Shown piece after piece: positions 1 through 12,800 of a DNA stretch of 64,000 nt. Under the pieces are notes generated by a model. The model ran no database searches. It was not told the origin of the DNA and worked only from the letters and a program-made list of their open reading frames with translations. This DNA comes from Bugula neritina. Taxonomy: Eukaryota > Animalia > Bryozoa. Position 1 is the first letter of the stretch; every line of letters begins with the position of its first letter. The stretch is from contig OZ037771.1 in NCBI GenBank assembly GCA_964035545.1, positions 3,979,628 through 4,043,627 on the forward strand. Reading direction: 5' to 3'. The translations under genes and the position numbers were made by a program.

Positions 1-1
1 C

Positions 2-118
2 TTGCTTCTTCTACTCGAAACCAACTCCGAGAAAATATCCTCGATGAAGTCTAGACTGAGAGAGTTGGGAGAGCAAGTGTCCGAGTCGGAAGACGAAGGA
101 GATGAAGAGGAACCCTAG
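2..118 (+). CDS. USO1: 3' end of general vesicular transport factor p115/USO1-like gene (partial; runs in from the left edge)
   Basis: Frame 2 reads LLLLLETNSEKISSMKSRLRELGEQVSESEDEGDEEEP*. This matches the p115/Uso1 C-terminal pattern (LL.LL....KI..LK.KL.ELG..V followed by an acidic tail). AT-rich 3'UTR-like sequence with AATAAA follows. Confidence 0.7.
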   Translation: MLLLLETNSEKISSMKSRLRELGEQVSESEDEGDEEEP

Positions 119-995
119 TTTGTCACTTTAGGATTTGCAACACATAAATGTTTGCATCATACTTGTCAGACAGATGCTTTAACTGTACAACATATGTAGT
201 ATTTTTAGTTGTAATATTTCTATCTTCACAAATGTGCTACGTCTTGTAATCTATTTAATATGTCTTATTCCCCGATTATTGGAAGTGGTTATATTCTATT
301 ATTAGTGTTAATATTGTATTTATTTATTATCCAATACACTCTGTTTAGTACATCGTTATCTGTTGTGTAGTTTTATCGTTGCAATCCAAATTTTATTCAT
401 AATTCTTGCCAGAAGGCCTTCTTTGAATGTTGCAACACACACAATTTTAAATATTGAAAAGCCTAAAGAAAAGCTCATGATTTCATCATCTAATTTTGAT
501 ATTGTGAAGTAAGATTAGTGGTTTCCATAGCCAATGAACATGCGATATTAAATTTGAGTGTCCTAGTGGGTCTGCAAAACTAGTTGGCAGATGCAAAATT
601 TATAGGCATGCTTGAAATATATACATCATAATTTTAAATGTTGATTTTTTTCAATACCTTTTCATACAAACAGCCATCTTACAAATAAAAATTTTTCTCA
701 ATAGTGTTCTACCACTATCTTGTAAGCGAATAAATTTGCATTACTATTGTTTAGGAAACTTTTATTAAAAAATTAACTTAGTGGTTCCAAATTAAGTAAA
801 CTCGGCATATTTCATGCATGCATGAAGTAGCAATAATAAAATTTAGTGCAAACAAGTTTTTTTAAATACATAATTTTGTAGTCATGTTAGAAAATAATTA
901 AAAAGTGTTGAATGTTACAAATTAACATTTTCTTTTAGTTTGAGTCACATAAAGTTTAATAAAATGTAGATGAAGAATCATCGGCTGGTTGTTTA

Positions 996-2252
996 TTAGT
1001 AATCTTGAAGCAGTCTTTTGAGTAACTGTTGGGCATCTTCGGTTGTTGGTGTTGTTTTCACCTCATCTTCTACTCTCTCAGCAACTCTCTCTTCCTCAAC
1101 CTGCCAGTTGTATTCTGTCGTGCCAAGGTTGGAGTCTTCTTCCATCTTTGGCAAGCACCTTGCATAATCGCCATCAATGTCACAGGAAAGTCCTGATTCA
1201 CATTCACTAGTAAAATATATAGTAATAATTCCATCAAACAGTCATCTGAGTATATAAAGAAACAAACTTAAAAATTAGTATACATAAGATTCATTGTGGG
1301 ACTTTTGTTATGCATAAGCGTCAATACTCTTTCTATTAGGACTTGAATGTTTCATTATGCAGTATTTTTACAAGGTAGGTTCTAAAGGTATGCAGCCGTT
1401 GACTAATATAATTTTCTATTAATTTTGTGTGAGACTTATAAATGCCCAAGTGTAGCACCATTACAACTGTGCAGGTAATAAATGCACATAGTGGGTGATA
1501 CTAGAAGTTGCGCTTGCATGCAAATATAGCCTGAATTTTGTGAAATCATACCTTGTCTCCTGACATTTCTCTCCTACCCCCTTTGCACAGACCTCACAAC
1601 ATCCACACAGGTCGTCTCTCCACTCCTTACACTGAGAATCAGGCTCTGGACACTTTGCCTTGTACTACATTCAATATACACCTTAGCATAAAGCATGTGC
1701 ACAACAAAATAGCATGTAGACTAATCTTCCATTGCTAGTAAGGAATATCGACAACGGTTCCCGTTAAGTGCACTACAACCAACTGTGTATGCAAGACCAA
1801 AAAAGCCCTTAAAATGCTATTTAAGGCATCGAAAAAGCTTTTGGTCCCTTTTGAATTTTCAAGTAACTTTTAGTGTTTGAGCTCGGTAAAATTGGACTGC
1901 ATTTGTTGGATTAACAGCACACGTGAGCAGTCTTAAATGTTAAATACATAAACTGATGTTGAATATCTATACTTATATGAAAAGCACTTAATTTAATCAT
2001 AAACTTTACTGAATCAATACGTCATTTAAAGTTCAATTTCACAAAATATAAACTAATTTAATAATTAAACTTTGAATTAATAGTTTATAAAGAATAAACT
2101 TCTACCGAAATACAAATTTGTTTGTTTGGCAGTTCCCCAGAGTCGAAGCACTCCGGCTCAGTTTCACAAGGCTCGCACATCAGAGCAGACGTCCAGCTGA
2201 TGGCAGCAATGAGAGTGAAACACGCAACAAGAACTTTTCTTTCCGTAGCCAT
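996..2252 (-). CDS. Secreted single insulin-like growth factor-binding (IGFBP N-terminal) domain protein, 3 exons, about 156 aa
   Basis: Exons 2252-2106, 1664-1552, 1206-996 with compatible GT-AG phases (0,2). Signal peptide MATERKVLVACFTLIAAISWTSA. IB-domain motif DLCGCCEVCAKGVGEKC...CESGLSC....C. Acidic C-terminal tail. Confidence 0.85.
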
Positions 2253-2308
2253 GGTATCAGTTTTGACGTAAAATAACAGACAAACTGGCAAACAGATTAC
2301 TCATCAAT

Positions 2309-2358
2309 ATATTATATATAAGAATTTTCTTTTAGAAGTGGCGTTAGCTGATTGGCTA
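2309..2358 (-). promoter_or_regulatory. Putative TATA box and CCAAT box of the IGFBP-domain gene
   Basis: The minus strand has TATATATAA at about 2312-2321, some 60 bp upstream of the ATG, and AGCCAATCAG (NF-Y consensus) at about 2348-2357. Confidence 0.45.
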
Positions 2359-3821
2359 GATTAGAAAGAATTATCAGCAACTTCCGTGTTGGGTTGTTCA
2401 AAGAAGTTTTTGTTAAGCAAAATATTCCTATTATATGGAGTTGGTAGCCACATTCTTTCTTTTTATATCTATATCATCACATGTACAATGTATTCTCTTT
2501 CATAGAGTAAGATAACATATATCCTGTGGTCATAGTAACTATATCTAAAATAAAATGTCTGCCATTATTATTTAACTTACTTTTTCTTCATATATCAAAT
2601 ATTTTTACTTATATATTTACGCATTCATAATTTATTTATGATTACTTTTGTTATTATTTAAGAACATATTTCGAAGGGCAATATAGTCTTCGTACAATTA
2701 ATGTTAATGCTATAAATTTATGTTGATTTAATTGATTGATAGTGAAAAATACTGCCCTATTTTCTTATGAAATATTGATATTGGACCATTCAATGAACTT
2801 TGCCAATTAATCCTAATACATTATCAGTGACGCACGTTTTCTATACAGAATAATACAGTAGGAATTGTACACACACGCACGCACACATATTGAAAATAAT
2901 TAGAGCCTCATTTCCTATTAATATGAAACATTATGTGGAGTCAGTTTGATTACAACAGTTTATTAAGAAATACAACATTATAAAACTTTTACATGTATTT
3001 CTTATTTTGATGAGTTTTAAAAAAGTATCATATAATATAAAAATGAATGAATAAATATGTCAGTAAATAGAACACAAAAATAAGTTTCTTTGGTACCTAA
3101 CTTGTGGCTCTCTCACAGAATGTATGGGTCTGCGGCCATTTCTTTAGAAATATTTACAGCAAAGAAATGGCAGCATGCTACTTATCTTATGATTACGGGC
3201 AAGTATGCACTTTTTTATCTCCAGTATATTAAACTGAGATCTTGTCTATATCTCAAGCTCGTGTTCGTGCCATGTTGCTTATACAGGAGAACAATTGTAA
3301 TACAAAATCAACTTTAATAATTATTTAATATATTTAGATGAGCAAATTAAAGTAACAAAGCTTTAATAAATATGTTAGTCCTACTAGTGATTACATTTCT
3401 TAGTGAAGCCTTGGGCTCACAGAGATTGTTAAGATTATGGGCTACAGAACTGTTGAGCTCTACATGAACTCAAAATATCATAACTCAATAAACAGATCTC
3501 ATTGATTGTCTCCTCGTGTATACTAATAATATCGGCTATTTACAGGTAACTTGAGTATGCGAATCGAAATTAACTAAATACATCTATTCGATTTTCTCTC
3601 CTCTGTAGAGAAAATGAAAGCAGAGATCAATTCCCAAATACATTGAGTTGCTGCTTAGGATTTTACACTTAATTTTTAGTTAAATTCAGTTGTTAGGCAA
3701 TTCAACACAACTAACGTAGTTGTCTTTCACTTTCTTTCATTGACTAGACCAGTAAGAGAGAAGATAACTTGAGATTCTTCTGCACAAACACCAGTCAGTT
3801 GGTGAATAGGAAAGATGACTC

Positions 3822-6800
3822 CTAGTAGTTGGAGTCTGGTACACTCAAACTATTGTTCCCCGTTGATAAGTTGAAAGTCTGCGTACATGATTTAGACATT
3901 TTTGGTGAACAGGAAGGACTACTATTTTTTCGGCCATTTAATATTCTGCCCTTCGTAGTCGGCGACCTGCAAAGTAATCGATGCCGTCAACAAACATCGA
4001 ATACAATAGAACGCTTAGTAATGAACAACAATCATTCCTAAACAGAGAATAGCAAAAGAGCATCAAAATTTAATTTTCTTTTTAATTTCAGATTTGTATT
4101 GAGATGAGAATGAGCAAGTGTTTCAGAGATTCGGCAAGACTGATAAGGAGCTTGTTCTTTTATCAAAAAGTTCAAGTCGTCTTTATTAGTAGCCAAGAGC
4201 AGTCATGATGTGAGTAGAAACATCATAGAGAGTTATAAAGGAAAACAGAAGTAGCAAATCAATAGTTACTAAAAGCTACAAATCGGGCAGCCATTAGTAG
4301 AATGACTGAAAAAAATCGCTACATTTTCAAGCAGTCGTAACCTAATTTAAAGTAATTAGGTGGATAAAAGATTTGAATTAATAGCGAGCGAGCGAGGGTA
4401 AAACAAAGAGAATTGAAAGTAAGTAAACGTTGCCGATTAACAAAAGCTGTTGGGCATCTCCATCTTTACTAGACTATGATTGGTGAAACTCTACTGCAAT
4501 ATTTATAACTTTTACAACTCTTACGTTAGCTAATAGTGACAGTCCTAATGAGTCTATAGTGTTAAGGGTTTTAGCACTATACAGACTTGTTTACATTAAA
4601 CCAAGTGGTTTAAAAGCTTCCAGTGAATAAACAAACACGGGAGTTGTGAAAATTACCAGACAGGTAAAAAGACCAAAGAAAAGCTAATAGTGCTAACTAT
4701 GCCATTTCTTTGCAGACTCACCCCCTAAAAGACTAAGTTGAAGTTCCGGTCTGAAATAAAGTTTAGTATATAATACATAACAGCCATTTTTCACAAGCTT
4801 CGTATTCAGAAAGACAGACACAGAGTAAGTTTTGCTCTAGAAATATTATATTTGCTAGTGAAGCTCCACAGACACTAAGTTTTTTTCAAGTAGTAGCTAC
4901 AATAGCTCTAACAAAATTAGTAAACTGTTGTTACTGGAGTTGTGGTCTTTGTTGCTACTGGAGTACAATATGGTGGTTGCTAAGGTAAAGATGGTGGTGT
5001 AAGGTTACCTGGCATACGTAGTCTCCCAGCTGTCTCCTTCTTTGGATTTGCAACATCTGGTGAACAATATCCAAAATCGGTTTCTGAACATTCTGCCTGT
5101 GAGACAGTACAGGAAGAAGTTCAGGGAGTGGTTTAGATACATCAGCGCTGTAACGGCAAAATCAGCAATTTCCATTCTAGCTCTGTCAAGAGCTGTTTCT
5201 TCCTCTTTCAGTCGCATCTGTAGCATAAAATGAGTGTAAGAATGTACGCTGGCTGAATCTACACTTACTTCTGCTTTTCCCTTATATTGTGAACGCTATT
5301 ATTTCATTTTTTATCTTCAAATTGCAACATAAGCCAAATCGAAAACATAGACATCTATTTTTACTGATAATATATTTCGCAATGAAAACTCTCAAATTTA
5401 TAGGGTTATACAAGCAAAACCTTTTTGATAGTTGGCAGCTACCAAACGTCAAAGTATATTTCATAAATATTCATATATAAGTAAACAGTTAGAAATATTT
5501 AGTAGCACCACATTTTTTACAGCATCCATTAGCAGAAACATTATAATTTCTTGAGCCCATTAACATTATTTTAAACTATCTAGAATTCATTACCTAAGTT
5601 CATGACGGTTTTAAAAACTTTTTATTAAATTGTTGAAAATAAGCAGTAAACATACATTTTCCACTCCGGTAAAAGCCAGTGATGGCAGAGTTGTGATGAG
5701 AAAGAATATCGTGACTGGTAAGAGCATCAGGGTTTTGTGGCTTACTAAAACACAAAAAGGTCATTTAGACATCTATATATATTGTAGATAACTTCATCAC
5801 GCATAAAATATATCTGTACTTATAAAACATTTGCCAACTTCAGTTATGTTGTACATATAAACGAGAACCGAAAATAAAATTAACATACCATTTGAATGTT
5901 TAGTAACGTTTTTAACATCAGTGCTATGCCCATTTCTAACTGTCGTACACCGCCTATAATCTTTGTCCCGTTTCCGTAGACGAAGAAATATGGCTACGTT
6001 CATCACAAGCATTGATATGAACGGCACAAGGCTATAGTCTACCATTGCTAAATATGTTTGGACATTATTTTCGTAGAACCATTGAGATTGAGCATTTGGA
6101 TACCCACAAGTGAGTGTTTTGTTAACACCATCTTCTGTTACATGTTGAATACCTACAAAGAGAAGATAACACCGAATTATAAATAGCTGTCTATGTTACA
6201 TATGAAGTTGAGGACAACGTATAGCTTATTATCGATTCAAAGAGAAGGCAACTCTCACTTGAAAATGCTGCAAGTTATTATGAGGTATACAGGGCAACTA
6301 GATTTAAAGTTGGGATATTTTATTGTAATTTACTGAATAAAAGGAGGAGATAACACTAAATTGCATTGGTGTGTAGTCAATAACAAAATAATTTATAATA
6401 CACAGCTCACAATTTATTAAAATTTAAAAATGTCATTTATTCGCTGTTCAATTATAAATTTGTTCTATTCATCAGTACAAATTGTCAAGACAGGATCACA
6501 CTGAATAGTACAGTACATTATAAACTATTTAACAACATAGATTGCTGTTATTTGTGTGCATTTTAGGCATGTTTATGAATGTTTTCCAGTAAACTATTTT
6601 AACATGATGATAGTTTGCATAATCAAATATGCTTAGCAGTTTTCTTCCTCTGATAACTTTATAGCTTCATGCATAGTACTAATTTCTTTACAATATAACA
6701 TTTATAGCACAGAGACTACGTGATTCTAGTCCATGTTTTTGACAAAATGACAAAGTCCAGATTAAAATAAACTTTTGAAATTTGTTGACGACCAGATTTA

Positions 6801-9800
6801 AAGATGACAGCCCCTTTTTCCTCCTTCTCACAATACTTCATGAAAGGAAGAATAATAAAAACAGCATACACACGTCACATAGCTATAATCAGTGTTACAT
6901 CATCTTCCCAAATTAGTTAGACATAAAGAGATACATTTTTGCTCAAGTGTGAAATCTGTGTAACAGATTAAATGCAATATCTTGCACACGTATCTATTAT
7001 TATAATCAGTGAGAACAGCTACACCATATTATGTTGATATTGCTAGTCTCATATATATACTATGTTTATTCTTATTTATATCTTCACTAAAAATCAATAG
7101 CAAGTTAATGTATAGTTGACAGCAATTAACTAATCAATAAGTACTGTGTTTTTGTTTTATTGTAATTAGTTCATCTGATATCCAACAGGATACTTAATTC
7201 TATTTCTAAATCATGTGACTAATTTGCTCTGCTCATCAAATTACTTGGTGTTGGTGAAACTATCCCACACAGATTCAAAACGAGTAAAATATTCCAAAAT
7301 AGATCTTATATTATCTGTTCAAAATTATTTGATATTCCCTCTCAGTAAATTTTTCTTCAGCAGTTATCGAATTTAATAAAATTAAACATAACCAAAACAT
7401 TTTGTTTGTTGTAATTATTTTTTTGGCAAGCCAAAAATGCTTAACTTAAAATTTCAAAATTTAGAGTAGTATTAAATATTGTTACTATAGTTACTTGCAG
7501 TAAAAATGTTTGTTTCATTATTTTAGTAGACAATTCTACAAATTATTTTTAGGCATCCTTTTAGAGGCTGCCATTTTTTGCGACTCCAAAAGCTGGAAAT
7601 TACAATACAAAAGAATCTAAAGAATGAGAACACCATAGTAATTAATGGCGTGGGAAATTTGCTCTTTCTACCTATATAATATGATAATCTATGATAATTG
7701 ACAGGTTGTGAACTCTAGCTACAAACTATTGCATGAAAACCCCTAGAAAGCTACTAGTGAATTATTAATGTCAGTATAGTACAGTAGTGTGTTTTTGTCA
7801 TATGCTTTATCAAAGACTCAGACTAATGCTCTCCCCTTTGGTCTAATCTCTGGCAATCTTTATCAAATAAACAGCTTGGAGATTTTGCCAGTCTAAATTT
7901 GTTGAGCTGGTCATTGCAACTCATATTCATGAGAGAAAAGGTTTAACAGTTACTATTGCCACTAGCTATAGAAAGTATTAGCTGCCATATGCAAACATTG
8001 CTTAAATCTCTAGGGAAGTAATATGCAGCATTACACTCATAATCTATTAGTTAGCAGATACAGTATATAAATATTTGCAAAGACAAGCCACATTTCTTGT
8101 GCATATACTGGCTTTCTACACTATAGTATTGATACTCAAAACTAGCAAGTTTATAGTCACTATCCCTGTGAGAAACCCCTGTTGGAAAGAATTTTTTATT
8201 AAATTGGGCTAAGGACTTATTCAGATAGGCACAGAAGTAATTATGACTGGATGGTTTTCTTAACATCCTTTTGTAAGGGTTTGAACTCATGACTTTGTGT
8301 TTACTAAGCAAATGCTCTAACCCCTAGACCACAGCTGCTCCCTATAGTGTTGATGTATATCTCTATAAATTATCTAACTTCTACACTATAGTGTTGATGT
8401 ATTTCTCTATAAATTATAAATTCGTCCTCAGCTTCTATCTGTCTAAGCATAAAGTTATTTTTAACAATGTCAGACAATATTTTCAGGCACTACAGTCTAC
8501 GCTCATAGTCAGTACTGAAGGAAAACATAGCCTTACCTCTTGTGTAGAATATGTGGAAGTTCCAACCAAACTGTACAACTGTGATTATCACAATGATTAA
8601 CCTTGTTCTGTTTAGACTCTTGGACTTCATAGATCTGTAAGTAGGGCAGACACATCTTGTAATACAGTTTAATAATATAACAGCTACACTGATATATGTA
8701 ACTTTTATTATCAATTTTCTTAAAACTTAAAAACTTATTTCATAATACAAATTCAGAAGTATTATAAAGTACATAAAATCACTTTCCTCATTTCAAAACT
8801 GCAATACTTTTGATTACATTTGTGTAAATGTTAGAAATGTTCTTCAATAAAAAAGTTATTATTATCAAATTTAGGAAAAATCTTCTTTGTCCCTGCTGTT
8901 GGTTTTTTAATTACTGATGATTTTCACATCCATGAATCTATTCTCTTCTCAGGTGTATTAATTACTTCTGAAATCATCATGATACTGCATTCTAGTTAGT
9001 AGCAAATAAAACCAAGTAAGGAGCAGTAAAAAGGTTTGTAGCTTGAAACTAGTTTCAGAAACAGTGAAATAAATAAAACAGTTACTTGCAGCAAAATTTT
9101 GCTTAATAATAAATAACCTTTTACTTGCCTGTGATGTAAGTGTATGTATTACTATATTTAGTATTTATTTATTTCAGAACTGACCTCGTTGGTGCATAGA
9201 TAGATAGAGTTCTCTCCAAGGTCACAGCAGTAAGCAACCATACAGAGGTGTTGAAAGACCCATATAGAAGTATTCTTTGTAACCAGCATATGGACACATG
9301 TACGTATCTAATGTCTATCTACAAAATGCTATATTATGTATAAATTATATAATAATTGTATGTACGCATATTATGCAGATTGAGATAGGATATAAATGTA
9401 AATGAAACAGCAGGCAGGCATAGTAAACTGTACTTCACAACTCTGCATTTAGAAATCAATTTCAGACTAGTGAAAGATGAAAAAACTTCATGTTAAATAT
9501 TTCAATGATTTATTGTAAATATGCAAGACAGATTTTTAACAAAAAGGAGTAAATGAAATTGGCCTTTTGATATATTATACTCAAAAGAAATTTAAAATAG
9601 AAAATAAAGAAATCATATTAAAGAAACTTGTCAAATTATTTCCTGCTTCTTATAAACTATTAATACAACAAATGCTATGATTAGCTGACTCACTTACAAC
9701 AAATGCTATGATTGGCCGACTCACTTACAACAAATGCTATGATTGGCCGACTCACTTACAACAAATGCTATGATTGGCCTACTCACTTCAAATGCATTTT

Positions 9801-12800
9801 TTATAAAATGTCGAGTCAGGCCGACCCAGATGCCGAGCAGATCAAATATGGACATGCAGAACAAGTAGCAGCCGAATGACGTGTTCCGAAGTTTCTTCTC
9901 TGACATGATGAGCATGATGAAGATATTACCCAAAGTTCCCAGCAGGAGTATTATGGGAGAAGAGTAAATCCATAGTTTCCTGAAGCAAAAAATGACACTT
10001 TAAGCATGTTTAAACATGTCTTCTAATAAAATATTCTAGCGCAAAACTAATGAATATTTATTTTTACAATTATAGTAAATCAAACTTTGAACCTAATTTA
10101 GTATCTGACAAAAAGAAAATTACTGGAAAGAAATTAAATTATCCACTCAAAGGTTATATGTGTTATTAAGACACATATTTGGCAACTAAGAAATTGCAAA
10201 ATAAGTTTTCAGAACGTTAAAGTCTGGATGGAAATAAAAGAAGATAACAAACATGGAAGAATAATGAAATTTAGTGATATAGAGTGCATGGAGATAAGCA
10301 GTGTAAGAAGACACAACTAGCCCATCAAGATCAATGCAAGCTGCGGCAGCAGCAGTAGTGGCAGCATAACAGGTACCTTGTCAGATAAAGCAATACTATC
10401 TTTGAACTTTATTTCCACTGTGTTATTCAGAATTGTTATAAAGTAACTTAATGTTATAACTCTCAACATGGCATATTGTTATTTTAAAAGTGCCAGTTCG
10501 TGGGAAGAGTAAACAAGAATGTCATAACATTCATATTCTCATTATCTCCCATTAGAATGTAGTTATAGACTAAGAGTACAGCAGCACATGCTTCCTCCTG
10601 CCAGAAACCTGTTTATGACAGATATTGAAGGTGTCTACTGTTTCTCATCAGAAAAGTGTATGTTTTATTTAACAATAATTACTGCTGTATAACTTGTTTT
10701 TGAATGCAGCTTAATTGTAGTAGCATGGTCATACATGATTACATGTATAGGATAACTAGGGTATATGTTGCAGCATTTCCATAGTGTGATTATCAAATTT
10801 AACTAAAGCCATGAACATATGTATACCAAATGCAATGTTTGATAAAAGTTTGTTTTTGCAAAGTTTTTCAAAATTTTCAACATGTAATTTGCTCTATTAG
10901 GTTTCATCAGTGGCTACTTTTAAAAAATATTTATTTCCCATCAAAATAGTATTGCAGCCTAAAACTAAATATACAAACCTGTGCAAAATTAATATTTGAC
11001 TTGTGAACCAAAAAGTAGTTAATTGTAAACTTTCACAAACTGATTATTTAAAAGCTTATTATTTAATTATCTAAAATTATTTATTTATTATTTAAATTAA
11101 TTTTGGTAGGAATGTTTTATCATTAGAAGTTGGGCAGTTTGAAATTTATAAATAAATTAATTTAAAACATAATCATTAAGATTAAATTTATATCAGCTAA
11201 GCTAATGAGCAGGTATTAGTAGTCCCAGATTGGTTTCTGGGACAAAAATACTTTATTACTATAAACTGAGGACACTGCAGTAGGCTAACTTTTATATTTT
11301 AACAATGCAGTGAGTCTCAAACTAAAGAGAGTTTCTCAAATCATTAATTTATCATAATCAATATATTTTTGTTTGTCTGCGAAGGTGAGACGTGAATCAT
11401 TCTTGTAACAACAGGCAAACAGGAAATTAACAACCATAAGATGCAGAGGTAATTATGACCAGAGGTAATTATGCAGCATTTGATAAGATTTAACCCACCT
11501 GCACAAATTTCTAATACTCAAAACCCAAAGGGTAATTTTATTCTCTTTTTAATGTTAACAGCTTATCACTCCATATTACCCAGCAGTGTCCTGGGAAAAT
11601 AGTCTATGCAGTTCGGATTAAATGAATAAGCCGCCAACACATAGTTATGCATTATTTACACGCAGGTACACCAGAACTCATGTTTTATACCAATCTTGTC
11701 TAGCAATCATTTTTCTCCTGCTGAAATTTACTATTTAAAGTTTGCTCATATTCAAAACTTTTCAAGTATATTTTTCAAATAAAGGGTTCTTTTTTAGAAT
11801 TATCTAATGGTATAATATTATATACTCTCATATAGTAATTTAATCAACTGTTAATAATTTAAGTTGAAGAGAAAAACATAAACTTAAAATTTGATTCAGA
11901 ATAACCTAATTTTCTATAAAAGCATAAAAATACACCGAGTGCAAATAATTATGAGAGAGACCCTGAAATAGCAGCGGCAGCAGCAGCATTTCCGTCACTT
12001 TGATACTGTTATATATAATACTAATATGTCGGCACAAACTTGTGCCATTCAAAAAATACCAATAGCTTTCTCTGATATAGGTGGAATATTACTTAAATAA
12101 TATTAAATAACATTAAAAATTCTTCTAATGCAACCCTCTGACTAAAACCTATTAAAACTCCATTCAATGTGTGTTATATAATAGTATAGTATATAATAAA
12201 CAACATGTTAAGTGAAAATGATTTTCAGAAAACCCAGTTTAACTCTTTGGAAAGTGTCAGCAATGCATATATACATTATACATCCTGCTATATCGCAATG
12301 TAAATAGGTTAACGAGCTGGGTATATGTAACATTATATATATTATGGTTCTTCTTCATTCAGATGATTGCTTTAAAATGGATACTTCATTTGCAATATGA
12401 GGCATAAAACCTACTCTCATTTGCCACTCTAATGCTGAAGTAATTAGATTATAACTGATGTAAAGGTACTCTTACTAATAAGACAATTACATAACTTCAG
12501 CTAACCAGGTGATTGACTTGTTTAGATAATAAAAGTCATTTAGAAGCAAACGATTAAGACATAAGTGCATCGGCACCACCAACTCTCATTCACAAGAATT
12601 GGATAAGCTTTATTATTTATTATTTATTATTACAATGCTCTTTCCATATCTCATATATCTATTTCTCACAAAATTCCATAGGTCATGAGAAGGGCTGTTT
12701 TGTGATTTGTGTATATGTACAACATGGCTGAATTTAGTAATTTAAATATGGTACTCTACTATGTCACGAATTGAGGTTTTGTACCCACAGCTTAGTAAGA

